The notes beneath the pieces are model-generated. The model was not told the origin of the DNA, searched no databases, and was given only the letters and a program-made list of their open reading frames with translations. Shown here in pieces: positions 33,291 to 43,652 of a stretch of 64,000 nucleotides of DNA. The stretch is from an uncultured Solirubrobacterales bacterium (GTDB lineage Bacteria > Actinomycetota > Thermoleophilia > Solirubrobacterales > 70-9), in the NCBI GenBank assembly GCA_963758845.1, contig CAVWWX010000001.1, positions 45,067 to 109,066 of the forward strand. Reading direction: 5' to 3'. Numbering within the stretch: the first letter of the stretch is position 1; the number at the start of each line of letters is the position of its first letter. The position numbers and the translations under genes are program-made.

Positions 33291-35350
33291 GCTCGCCCGA
33301 GCCCTTCGAGGACATCGACACGCTGTGCGTGAACACGATCCGGACACTCTCGATCGACGCCATCCAGAAGGCGAACTCCGGGCATCCGGGCACGCCGATG
33401 GCGATGGCCCCGGTCGCCTACACCCTCTGGCAGCGGTTCCTGCGCTTCGACCCCTCCGACCCGATCTGGCCCAACCGTGACCGCTTCGTGCTGTCGGCCG
33501 GCCACGCGTCGATGCTTTTGTACGCCCTCCTGCACCTCAGCCGGGTGCGGGCCGTCGACCCCGACTACGAGGTCGTCGGCCAGCCCTCGGTGAGCCTGGA
33601 CGACATCAAGACCTTCCGCCAGCTCGACTCGAAGGCGGCGGGGCACCCCGAGTACCGCTGGACGTCGGGCGTCGAGTCGACGACCGGCCCACTGGGCCAG
33701 GGCATCGCGACCAGCGTGGGGATGGCGGTGGCCGGGCGCTGGCAGGCCCAGCACTTCAACCGGCCGGGGTTCCCGATGTTCGACTTCGACGTCTACGCGC
33801 TGTGCGGCGACGGCTGCCTGATGGAGGGGGTGTCGAGCGAGGCCGCCTCGTTCGCCGGCCACGAGCAGCTCGCGAACCTGTGCTGGATCTACGACAACAA
33901 CCACATCACGATCGACGGCCGCACGGAGATCACGTACACGGACGACGTCGCCACGCGGTTCATGGGATACGACTGGAACGTGCTCCGGGTAGGGGACGCC
34001 AACGACCTGGATCTGCTGGCGAACGCGTTCGAGGCGTTCCGCGCCGAGGAGCGCCGCCCGACCCTGATCGTGGTCGACAGCCACATCGGCTACGGCTCGC
34101 CGCACAAGCAGGGCACCGCCGCCGCGCACGGCGAGCCGCTGGGCCCCGAGGAGGTCCGCGAGACCAAGCGCGCTTACGGCTGGCCCGAGGATGCCGAGTT
34201 CCTGGTGCCCGACGGCGTCTACGAGCACTTCGCGGCGGGGATCGGGGCGCGAGGCGAGAAGCTGCGCTCCGAGTGGGAGGGGCTCACGGACTCCTACCGG
34301 CGCGAGCACGACACGCTCGAGCGGCGGATCGGCAGGATGCAGCACCGCGAGCTTCCCGACGGGTGGGACAACGACATCCCCTCCTTCGACGCCGACCCGA
34401 AGGGCGTCGCCACCCGCAAGGCCTCGAACGCCGTTCTGAACGCGATCGCCCCACGGGTCCCGTGGCTGGTCGTGGGCTCGGCGGACCTGACCGGCTCGAC
34501 CTCGGTCGAGCTGAGCTTCGACGGGGCCGAGGCGGTCGAGCCCGGGACGCCCGGCGGCAGGCAGCTCCACTACGGCATCCGCGAGCACGAGTCGGCGGCG
34601 ATCTCGAACGGCCTCTCGCTCTCGAAGCTGCGCCCGGTGTGGTCGACGTACCTCGTCTTCTCCGACTACGCCCGGCCGGCCATCCGCCTGTCGGCCCTGA
34701 TGGAGCTGCCGGTGATCCACGTCTTCACCCACGACTCGATTGGGCTCGGCGAGGACGGCCCCACCCACCAGCCGGTCGAGCACCTGGCCTCGCTGCGGGC
34801 CATCCCCGGCCTGAACGTGATCCGCCCCTGCGACGCGAACGAGGTCGCCGAGGCGTGGCGGGTGACCATGGAGCAGCATCACCAGCCCGTGGCGCTGGTT
34901 CTCACCCGCCAGGACGTGCCGGTGCTGGACCGCTCGCGCTACGCGCCCGCCGACGGCCTGCGCCGGGGCGGCTATGTGCTGGCCGACGCCGAGGGATCGG
35001 AGCCGCAGGTCATCCTGATCGCGACCGGCAGCGAGGTGGCCTTGGCCGTCGCGGCGCACGAGCAGCTCGTGGGCGAAGGGGTGGCATCGCGCGTGGTCAG
35101 CCTGCCCTCGTTCCACCTGTTCGACCAGCAGCCGCAGGACTACCGCGACTCGGTGCTGCCGCCGGGCGTGACCGCCCGGATCTCGATCGAGGAGGCGTCG
35201 ACGCTGGGCTGGGACCGCTACGTGGGCCCCGGCGGCCGTACCATCGGTATGCACACCTTCGGGTCATCGGCTCCGCTCAAGGACGTGACCACGAAGTACG
35301 GGTTCACACCCGAGAAGGTCGTCGAGACCGCAAAGGAGCTGCTGGCATGA
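33287..35350 (+). CDS. tkt: transketolase
   Basis: ATG 33287 overlaps the zwf TGA; [40 protein letters not shown] motifs. Confidence 0.96.
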   Translation: MSSPEPFEDIDTLCVNTIRTLSIDAIQKANSGHPGTPMAMAPVAYTLWQRFLRFDPSDPIWPNRDRFVLSAGHASMLLYALLHLSRVRAVDPDYEVVGQPSVSLDDIKTFRQLDSKAAGHPEYRWTSGVESTTGPLGQGIATSVGMAVAGRWQAQHFNRPGFPMFDFDVYALCGDGCLMEGVSSEAASFAGHEQLANLCWIYDNNHITIDGRTEITYTDDVATRFMGYDWNVLRVGDANDLDLLANAFEAFRAEERRPTLIVVDSHIGYGSPHKQGTAAAHGEPLGPEEVRETKRAYGWPEDAEFLVPDGVYEHFAAGIGARGEKLRSEWEGLTDSYRREHDTLERRIGRMQHRELPDGWDNDIPSFDADPKGVATRKASNAVLNAIAPRVPWLVVGSADLTGSTSVELSFDGAEAVEPGTPGGRQLHYGIREHESAAISNGLSLSKLRPVWSTYLVFSDYARPAIRLSALMELPVIHVFTHDSIGLGEDGPTHQPVEHLASLRAIPGLNVIRPCDANEVAEAWRVTMEQHHQPVALVLTRQDVPVLDRSRYAPADGLRRGGYVLADAEGSEPQVILIATGSEVALAVAAHEQLVGEGVASRVVSLPSFHLFDQQPQDYRDSVLPPGVTARISIEEASTLGWDRYVGPGGRTIGMHTFGSSAPLKDVTTKYGFTPEKVVETAKELLA

Positions 35351-36408
35351 AGCCGACCGCAGAGCTGCACGAGCTGGGCCAGAGCCTGTGGGTGGACAAC
35401 ATCACCCGCACGATGCTCGACGACGGCACCCTCCAGGGTTACATCGACGAGCTGTCGCTGACCGGCCTGACCTCGAACCCGACGATCTTCGACAAGGCGA
35501 TCGGCGCCGGCGACGCCTACGCCGAGCAGGTCGCCGAGCTCAGCGGGAAGGGGCTCGAGGGCGAGGCCCTGTTCTTCGAGCTGGCGATCACCGACCTGCG
35601 CCGCGCCGCCGGGATGTTCGACCCGGTCCACCAGCGCACCGACGGCCTCGACGGATGGGTCTCGCTGGAGGTCTCGCCCCTGCTCGCGGACGACGCCGAT
35701 GCCACGATCGCCCAGGTGCGGGAGCTGCACGCCAAGGCCGGCGAGGGCGTCCTGATCAAGATCCCCGGCACCGAGGCCGGCCGGACAGCCATCGAGGAGT
35801 CGATCTTCGCCGGCATCCCGGTGAACGTGACGCTGCTGTTCTCCGCCGAGCACTACCTGGATGCCGCCGACGCTTACATGCGCGGCGTCGAGCGGCGGAT
35901 CGAGGACGGCCTGGATCCGGCGGTGCCGTCGGTGGCATCGCTGTTCATCAGCCGCTGGGACGTCGCGGTCGGCGAGGAGGCCGGCGAGGAGCTGAAGAAC
36001 AGGCTGGGGGTCGCCGTCGGCAAGCGGGCCTATCGGGCCTACCGCGAGCTGCTGGACTCGGATCGCTGGCAGCGCCTGGCCAACGAGGGCGCGCGGCCGC
36101 AGCGCCTGCTGTGGGCCAGCACGGGGACCAAGGACCCCGACGCCTCCGACGTGCTCTACATCGAGGCGTTCGCCGCGCCGCTCACGGTCAACACGATGCC
36201 CGAGAAGACGCTGCTCGCGTTCGCCGACCACGGGGTGGTGGGCGAGCACATGCCGGCCGACGGCGGCGATTCGGACGCTGTGCTCGCCGCCTTCGCCGAG
36301 GCGGGGGTCGACGTGGACGCGCTGGCCGCCCGCCTCCAGCGCGAGGGCGCGCAGACCTTCGCCGACTCGTGGCGGGAGCTCCTGGAGACGATCGCCTCCG
36401 AGCGATGA
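35347..36408 (+). CDS. tal: transaldolase (long actinobacterial type)
   Basis: ATG 35347 overlaps the tkt TGA; [10 protein letters not shown]..., GLTSNPTIF, ...LIKIPGT (Schiff-base Lys). Confidence 0.94.
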   Translation: MKPTAELHELGQSLWVDNITRTMLDDGTLQGYIDELSLTGLTSNPTIFDKAIGAGDAYAEQVAELSGKGLEGEALFFELAITDLRRAAGMFDPVHQRTDGLDGWVSLEVSPLLADDADATIAQVRELHAKAGEGVLIKIPGTEAGRTAIEESIFAGIPVNVTLLFSAEHYLDAADAYMRGVERRIEDGLDPAVPSVASLFISRWDVAVGEEAGEELKNRLGVAVGKRAYRAYRELLDSDRWQRLANEGARPQRLLWASTGTKDPDASDVLYIEAFAAPLTVNTMPEKTLLAFADHGVVGEHMPADGGDSDAVLAAFAEAGVDVDALAARLQREGAQTFADSWRELLETIASER

Positions 36409-38052
36409 GTGACCTGCGACAGCGCGCGGCGTGGCTCGCGCTGGAGCGCCATCACGCCGAGATCGCCCCGATTCACCTCCGGGAGCTCTTCGATTCCGAC
36501 CCGGCTCGCGGCGAGCGGCTGACCGCCGACGCCGCCGGGCTGCACCTCGACTACTCCAAGAACCGGATCACGGACGAGACGCTGGAGCTGCTGCAGGCGC
36601 TGGCGCGCGAGTCCGACCTGGCGGAGCGCCGCGAGGCGATGTTCGCCGGCGAGCGGATCAACGTCTCGGAGGACCGCTCCGTGCTCCACGTCGCGCTGCG
36701 GATGCCGCGCGAGCGCTCGCTGGTCGTCGACGGCGTCGACGTCGTCAAGGAGGTCCACGAGGTGCTGGACCGGATGTCCGCCTTCTGCGAGCGGGTCCGT
36801 GGCGGCGAGTGGCGTGGGCATACCGGCCTGCCGATCCGCAACGTGGTCAACATCGGCATCGGCGGCTCGGACCTGGGGCCGGTCATGGCGCACGAGGCCC
36901 TGCGCCACTACTCGCGGCGCGAGATGACCTTCCGCTTCGTCTCCAACGTCGACGGAACCGACTTCGCCGAGGCGACCCGCGACCTCGACCCCGCCGAGAC
37001 GATGTTCGTGATCTCGTCGAAGACGTTCACGACGCTCGAGACGATGACCAACGCGGCCACGGCCAGGGAGTGGTCGCTGAACGCGCTGGGCGACCACGAG
37101 GCCGTCGCGAAGCACTTCGTCGCCGTCTCGACCAACGCCGAGGGCGTCCGCGAGTTCGGGATCGACACCGACAACATGTTCGGCTTCTGGGAGTGGGTCG
37201 GGGGGCGCTACTCGATGGATTCGGCGATCGGGCTGTCGACCATGCTCGCGATCGGCCCTGAGCGGTTCGGCGAGATGCTCGCGGGCTTCCACGCGCTGGA
37301 CGAGCATTTCCGCGAGGCCCCGGCGGCGGCCAACCTGCCGGTCCTGATGGGCCTGCTCGCGGTCTGGTACGGCGGGTTCTTCGGGGCCCAGACGCAGGGC
37401 GTCTTTCCCTACGACCGCTATCTGCTGCGCTTCCCCGCCTATCTCCAGCAGCTCGACGATGGAGTCGAACGGCAAGCACGTCACCCTCGACGGCGCCCGC
37501 GTGGACTACGACACCGGGGCCATCTACTGGGGCGAGCCGGGGACCAACGGGCAGCACTCCTTCTACCAGCTGATCCACCAGGGGACCCGGCTGATCCCGT
37601 GCGACTTCATCGGCTTCATGCGCTCGCTCAACCCGCTGGGCACGCACCACGACCTGCTGCTCTCGAACGTGTTCGCGCAGGCCGAGGCGCTGGCCTTTGG
37701 CCGCACGGCCGAGGAGGTCCGCGCCGAGGGGTCGCCCGAGGCCGTGGTGCCGCACCGGGTGATGGAGGGCAACCGGCCCTCGAACACGATCCTGGCCGAC
37801 CGGCTCACCCCCGCGACGCTTGGCAGCCTGGTGGCCCTGTACGAGCACAGCGTCTTCACCCAGGGGGTGATCTGGGGGATCGACTCGTTCGACCAGTGGG
37901 GGGTCGAGCTGGGCAAGGCGCTCGCCAAGCGGATCGTCCCGGAGCTCCAGGACGCCGGCGAGCCCGACCTCGCTCACGACGGCTCGACCAACGCGCTGAT
38001 CCGCCGATACCGCGCGGCGCGCGCGCAGGACGGACACCCCCGTGACGGCTGA
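36405..38052 (+). pseudogene. pgi: glucose-6-phosphate isomerase, interrupted by a +1 frameshift at about 37458
   Basis: Frame 0 up to ..[10 protein letters not shown]; frame 1 continues [12 protein letters not shown]...[18 protein letters not shown]...[10 protein letters not shown]. Confidence 0.88.
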
Positions 38053-38716
38053 CGGCGCGCGCGCCGTCCTCTTCGACATCGACGGCACGCTGATCCGCAG
38101 CGGCGGGGCGAGCGACCGCTCGTGGCAGCGCGCCTTCGCCGAGCTCGAGGGGGTGGACGTCGACATCAGGGCGACGACGGGCCGCGGGCTGCCCGACCCG
38201 GAAGTGGGGCGCCAGGCGTTCCACGCCGTGCGGGGCCGCGACCCGAGCGCCGAGGAGCTCGGGCGGCTGATGGAGCGGCGCCTTCACTACCTGCCCGAGG
38301 AGGTCGAGCGCGCGGAGCGCTATCGCGTGCTGGACGGGGCCGAGGACCTGCTCGAGAGGCTGATCGACAGGGGATACCTGCTGGGGCTGACAACCGGCAA
38401 CGTCGAGCCGGCGGCCCATATCAAGCTCGCCCGCGCCGGGCTCAACCGGTTCTTCAGCTTCGGGGGGTACGGCTCGGACTCGAGCGATCGCACCGAGCTC
38501 ACGCGCACGGCCATCGAGCGGGGCTCGACGGTGGCCGGGACCGCGCTCGAGCCGGCGTCGCTGCGGTCGGTGGGGGACACCCCGCGCGACATCGAGGCCG
38601 GCCACGGAGCCGGGATCCGGGTCATCGGCGTCGCCACCGGCGACTTCACGGTCGACCAGCTGGCCGACGCGGGGGCGGACTGGGCGATCGCATCGCTCCG
38701 GGACTTCCCGGAATAA
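38042..38716 (+). CDS. HAD-superfamily phosphatase (subfamily IA-like)
   Basis: LFDIDGTL motif I, ...LTTGN..., [11 protein letters not shown] motif IV; overlaps the pgi stop by 11 nt. Confidence 0.8.
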   Translation: MTADGARAVLFDIDGTLIRSGGASDRSWQRAFAELEGVDVDIRATTGRGLPDPEVGRQAFHAVRGRDPSAEELGRLMERRLHYLPEEVERAERYRVLDGAEDLLERLIDRGYLLGLTTGNVEPAAHIKLARAGLNRFFSFGGYGSDSSDRTELTRTAIERGSTVAGTALEPASLRSVGDTPRDIEAGHGAGIRVIGVATGDFTVDQLADAGADWAIASLRDFPE

Positions 38717-38726
38717 GGTCCTCGCG

Positions 38727-40583
38727 ATGGAGCATCCGGCGAAGAGCCCCTTCCCGCCGATCCAGGAGTACGCGTTCCTCTCCGACTGCGAGTCGTGCGC
38801 CCTGGTGGCGCCGGACGGCGCCGTCGAGTGGCTGTGCCTGCCGCGGCCGGACTCGCCCAGCGTGTTCGGGGCGATGCTGGACCGCGCCGCTGGGACGTTC
38901 CGGCTGGCGCCCGAGGACGTCGTGGTCCCCAGCCAGCGCCGCTACTTGCCCGGCACGCTCATCCTCGAGACCACCTGGCAGACGCCGTCGGGCTGGCTCG
39001 TCGTCCACGACTGCCTGGTGATGCAGCAATGGACTGACGGTCCCCGGCCCGAGCATTACCGCCGCGCGCCGGCGGACTTCCTCGCCGAGGGAGCGCTGGT
39101 CCGCACCGCGACCTGCATCGAGGGGCAGGTCGAGCTGGCGATGACCTGCCTGCCGGTGTTCGACTACGGGCGCAGCCCGTGCGGCTGGGCCTACAGCGGG
39201 GACGGCTACGGCGAGGCGGTGGCCACGCCCGAGGGGATCGAGGCACGGATGCGCCTGACTAGCAACATCCGGCTGGGACTGGCCGGGCAGCGCGCCTACG
39301 GGCACACCCTTCTGCACGAGGACGAGTCGGTCTTCGTCGCGGCCTCGTGGAACGGCGACGGCCCGACCGACCTCGACGGCGCCTTCCGGCGGGGCAAGGC
39401 GACGGCCAGGTTCTGGCGCGAGTGGCTGAAGGATGGCGACTTCCCGGATCACCCCTGGCGGCCGTACCTGGAGCGAAGCGCAGTGGCGCTGAAGGGCCTG
39501 AGCTACGCGCCGACGGGCGCCGTCCTGGCGGCCGCAACGACGTCTCTCCCGGAGACCCCGGGAGGCGAGCGAAACTGGGACTACCGCTACAGCTGGGTGC
39601 GGGACTCCTCGTTCATGCTCTGGGCGTTGTTCACGCTGGGCTTCGAATGGGAGGCCTACGAGTACTTCGCGTTCCTGACCGAGTCGGTGGCCGCCGGCCC
39701 GCTTCAGGTCATGTACGGGATCGACGGCGAGCGCGAGCTGGCCGAGTCCACCCTGGACCACCTGTCCGGGTACGGCGGCGCCCGTCCGGTGCGCATCGGC
39801 AACGGTGCCTACCGCCAGCAGCAGCACGACGTGTGGGGGATGCTGGTCGACTCGATCGCCGTGCACTCGCGGCAGGCCCGCTCGGAGGAGCTGCCCCCCA
39901 CCACATGGGAGCTGATCGCCTCCTTCGTGGACGACGCGGCCGAGAACTGGCGCAAGCCCGACCGTGGGATCTGGGAGGTGCGGGGCGAGCCCAAGCACTT
40001 CACGGCCTCGAAGGTCATGTGCTGGGTTGCGCTCGACCGTGGGGTCAAGCTCGCCGAGTTCCGCCACGACGCCAGGGCCGAGAGCTGGCGCGCCGTCGCC
40101 GGCGAGATCCGCGACGAGGTGTGCGAGCGCGGCGTCGACGAGCGCGGGGTCTTCGTGCAGCACTACGACACCGCCGACCTGGACGCGTCGCTGCTCCTGT
40201 TGCCGCTGATGGGCTTCCTGCCCGCCGACGACGAGCGGATCGTCAGCACGGTCCTGGCGATCGCCGAGGAGCTGACCGAGCACGGCCTGGTGCTTCGCTA
40301 CCGCGTCCAGCACACCGACGACGGGCTGAGCGGCGAGGAGGGCACGTTCACGATCTGCTCGTTCTGGCTGGTGTCCGCCCTGACGCTGATCGGCGAGGTG
40401 GGCCGCGCCCGCGACCTGTGCGAGAAGCTCCTCTCGCTCGCGGGCCCGCTGCGCCTGTACGCCGAGGAGCTCGACGCGACCAGCGGGCGCCATCAGGGCA
40501 ACTTCCCGCAGGCGTTCACGCATCTCTCGCAGATCAACGCTTTGATGGGCCTGATCAAGGCCGAACAGGAGGAGGAAGGATGA
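38727..40583 (+). CDS. glycoside hydrolase family 15 protein (glucoamylase/trehalase-like)
   Basis: 618 aa; IQEYAFLSDCESCALVAPDGAVEWLCLPR..., ...ERNWDYRYSWVRDSSF..., ...GNFPQAFTHL. Confidence 0.85.
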   Translation: MEHPAKSPFPPIQEYAFLSDCESCALVAPDGAVEWLCLPRPDSPSVFGAMLDRAAGTFRLAPEDVVVPSQRRYLPGTLILETTWQTPSGWLVVHDCLVMQQWTDGPRPEHYRRAPADFLAEGALVRTATCIEGQVELAMTCLPVFDYGRSPCGWAYSGDGYGEAVATPEGIEARMRLTSNIRLGLAGQRAYGHTLLHEDESVFVAASWNGDGPTDLDGAFRRGKATARFWREWLKDGDFPDHPWRPYLERSAVALKGLSYAPTGAVLAAATTSLPETPGGERNWDYRYSWVRDSSFMLWALFTLGFEWEAYEYFAFLTESVAAGPLQVMYGIDGERELAESTLDHLSGYGGARPVRIGNGAYRQQQHDVWGMLVDSIAVHSRQARSEELPPTTWELIASFVDDAAENWRKPDRGIWEVRGEPKHFTASKVMCWVALDRGVKLAEFRHDARAESWRAVAGEIRDEVCERGVDERGVFVQHYDTADLDASLLLLPLMGFLPADDERIVSTVLAIAEELTEHGLVLRYRVQHTDDGLSGEEGTFTICSFWLVSALTLIGEVGRARDLCEKLLSLAGPLRLYAEELDATSGRHQGNFPQAFTHLSQINALMGLIKAEQEEEG

Positions 40584-41545
40584 AGGCCAGAGGGGGAATC
40601 GACCTGGGCGGCACCAAGATCCAGACGGCCGTGGTCGACGGGCGCAACCAGGTCCGCGGCGAGGCGCGCCACCCGACTCCCCGCAAGGGAGGGCCCGAGG
40701 CTGTCGCCGAGGCGATGGCCGAGGCGATGGCCGAGGCGGCCGCGGCCGCGGGGGTCAAGACGGGGGCGCTGGTCGGCGTCGGGGTCGGCTCGCCGGGCCT
40801 GGTCGACTCGCGGGCGGGGACGGTGACGGGCGCCGGCAACCTACCCGGCTGGAAGGGCACGTTCGCCATCGGGCCCGCGCTTTCGGCGGCCCTGGGCGCC
40901 CCGGTCCACCTCGGCAACGACGTCCAGGTGGCGACCGACGCCGAGTACGCGCTGGGCGCCGCGCGCGAGTTCTCCTCGCTCCTCGGCGTGTTCTGGGGCA
41001 CCGGGGTGGGCGGGGGCATCATCTTGGACGGCAAGCCGTGGGTCGGCCGCGGCGGCGCCGCCGAGATCGGCCACGTCGTCGTCAAGCAGGGCGGCGCGCA
41101 CTGCCCGTGCGGGCGGCGCGGCTGCATGGAGGCCTACGCCGGGCGCGGAGCCATGGAGGCGCGCGCCCGCAAGCTGCACGAGGACGGCGAGAAGACCGAC
41201 CTCTTCAAGCTGATGAAGCACCACGACCGCGACCGGCTGACAAGCGGCATCTGGTCACGTGCCCTGGAGCGCGACGACGAGATGGCGACCGAGCTGATCG
41301 ACCGGGCGATCGCCGCGATCGGGGCCGGCGTCGCCTCGACGATGAACATCCTGGACGTGGAGGCGGTGGTGATCGGCGGCGGCATGGGCGTCCGCTTCGG
41401 CGAGGAGGGCGCCAAGCGGATCGAGAAGGCGATGATGCCCCACCTGTTCGCCGACGAGCGCCCGCCCGCGGTGCGGGTAGCGGCGCTGGGCGACCTGGGC
41501 GGGGCGATCGGGGCGGCGCTCCTGGCGAAGCCGGACGCGCGGTGA
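40580..41545 (+). CDS. glk: ROK-family glucokinase
   Basis: ATG 40580 overlaps the GH15 TGA; GIDLGGTKI, ...GHVVVKQGGAHCPCGRRGCMEAY zinc motif. Confidence 0.88.
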   Translation: MKARGGIDLGGTKIQTAVVDGRNQVRGEARHPTPRKGGPEAVAEAMAEAMAEAAAAAGVKTGALVGVGVGSPGLVDSRAGTVTGAGNLPGWKGTFAIGPALSAALGAPVHLGNDVQVATDAEYALGAAREFSSLLGVFWGTGVGGGIILDGKPWVGRGGAAEIGHVVVKQGGAHCPCGRRGCMEAYAGRGAMEARARKLHEDGEKTDLFKLMKHHDRDRLTSGIWSRALERDDEMATELIDRAIAAIGAGVASTMNILDVEAVVIGGGMGVRFGEEGAKRIEKAMMPHLFADERPPAVRVAALGDLGGAIGAALLAKPDAR

Positions 41546-41946
41546 CCGAGCGCACGATCCGCGTCGTCCTCGGCCTGCTTGGCCTGTACCACCTGCTCAC
41601 CGGCCTGCTGGCCCTGTTCGCGCCGGGCACGTTCTTCGAGCAGATCGGCCGCTACGGCGCCGAGAACCTCCACTACGTGGGCGACGTCGGGGCGTTCACC
41701 GCCGCCTACGGGATCGCGCTGCTCCTGGCCGTCGGCCGGCGCTCGTGGTGGGTGCCGATGCTCGCGCTCGGGGCCATCTGGTACGGGCTTCACGCGTTCA
41801 ACCACCTGTTCGACACCGACGAGGCGCGCAGCGACGCCCGCGGCTGGGCCGACACCGTGCTGCTGGCGGCGGGCGCAGCTGCCCTCGCCTGGCTGGCGGC
41901 CCAGGCCGCCCGGATGGACCCGAGCCGCGCCAGGCGGAGCGGCTGA
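41542..41946 (+). CDS. small integral membrane protein of unknown function
   Basis: GTG 41542 overlaps the glk TGA; four hydrophobic segments (VVLGLLGLYHLLTGLLALF, ...GAFTAAYGIALLLAV...). Confidence 0.6.
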   Translation: MTERTIRVVLGLLGLYHLLTGLLALFAPGTFFEQIGRYGAENLHYVGDVGAFTAAYGIALLLAVGRRSWWVPMLALGAIWYGLHAFNHLFDTDEARSDARGWADTVLLAAGAAALAWLAAQAARMDPSRARRSG

Positions 41947-41962
41947 AGGGGATGTCGCGCGC

Positions 41963-42901
41963 GTGAGCCGGGTCTTCGTCGCCGGCGCCTCGGGCGTGAT
42001 CGGCCGGCCGCTGGTGGCGCAGCTGGTCGCGGCCGGGCACGAGGTGACGGGGATGACCCGCAGAGGAGAGCGGGCGAAGGCGATCGAAGCCGCCGGCGCC
42101 ACCGGGGTCGTCTGCGACGCGTTCGACGCCATCGCGCTCGAGCGGGCCATGGGCGAGGCCCGTCCCGAGGTGGTCGTGCACCAGCTGACCGCGCTCCCGC
42201 AGGCGCTCGACCTGTCCAAGCCCGACGTGTACACCCAGACGAACCGGATCCGCACGGTGGGGACCCGAAACCTGATCGCGGCCGCCACCGCGGCCAAGGC
42301 AGGGCGCATGGTCGCCCAGAGCATCTCGTTCCTGTACGCGCCCACCGGGGACTGGGTCAAGGCCGAGGACGAGGCGACGATCGAGAACGCGCCCGGGCAC
42401 TTCGGCCAGGCGGTGGACGCGATGCTGGACGCCGAGCGCCAGGTCACGCAGGCCGGCGGGCTCGACGGGCTGGTGCTGCGCTACGGCTTCTTCTACGGGC
42501 CTGGCACGGCGTACTCGCGCGACGGCCACATGGCCGCCGAGGCCCGCCGGCGCCGGCTGCCGGTGGTCGGCAGGGGACAGGGGATGTCGTCCTTCATCCA
42601 CGTCGACGACGCCGCGGCGGCGACGGTCGCGGCGTGCGAGCGCGGCGCGCCGGGCATCTACAACATCGTCGACGACGAGCCCGCCCGGCTGCGCGACTGG
42701 GCGCCGGCCTTCGCCCAAGCGGTCGGCGCCCCGCGGCCGTTGCGGTTGCCGGTCTGGCTCGCCAAGCTGGTCGCCGGCCGCGACCTGGTGGCCCTGGCGG
42801 CGACCAGCCGCGGGGGCTCGAACGCGAAGGCCAAGGCCGCTCTGGGCTGGGCGCCCGGGATCCCCAGCTGGCGAGACGGGTTTCGCGAGGCCCTCGCGTA
42901 G
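41963..42901 (+). CDS. NAD(P)-dependent epimerase/dehydratase family protein
   Basis: GTG 41963; VFVAGASGVIGRPLV Rossmann motif. Confidence 0.8.
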   Translation: MSRVFVAGASGVIGRPLVAQLVAAGHEVTGMTRRGERAKAIEAAGATGVVCDAFDAIALERAMGEARPEVVVHQLTALPQALDLSKPDVYTQTNRIRTVGTRNLIAAATAAKAGRMVAQSISFLYAPTGDWVKAEDEATIENAPGHFGQAVDAMLDAERQVTQAGGLDGLVLRYGFFYGPGTAYSRDGHMAAEARRRRLPVVGRGQGMSSFIHVDDAAAATVAACERGAPGIYNIVDDEPARLRDWAPAFAQAVGAPRPLRLPVWLAKLVAGRDLVALAATSRGGSNAKAKAALGWAPGIPSWRDGFREALA

Positions 42902-42943
42902 GCTAGTAAGCGACTTCACAGCAACCCCGAAGAAGGAGCACCG

Positions 42944-43549
<606 letters not shown>

Positions 43550-43590
43550 CGCCGGCGCAGAGCGGACGGGGCCCATCCCGGGCTCCGCTT

Positions 43591-43625
43591 GGCCTGCCGC
43601 GCCTGTAAGGTACGCGCGGCAGGCC
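43591..43625 (+). terminator. strong hairpin after sodA (terminator-like, no U-tract)
   Basis: ggcctgccgcgc (43591-43602) pairs with gcgcggcaggcc (43614-43625): 12-bp perfect stem. Confidence 0.5.
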
Positions 43626-43652
43626 ATTGAATCGAGCAAGGGGAGGGTCGGC

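Noticed and set aside
33206-35254. 682-aa minus-strand ORF, and the 868-aa plus-strand ORF 33802-36408
   Set aside because: The first is antisense to, and the second out of frame with, transketolase. The 3' end of the 868-aa ORF is the genuine transaldolase, which starts at 35347.
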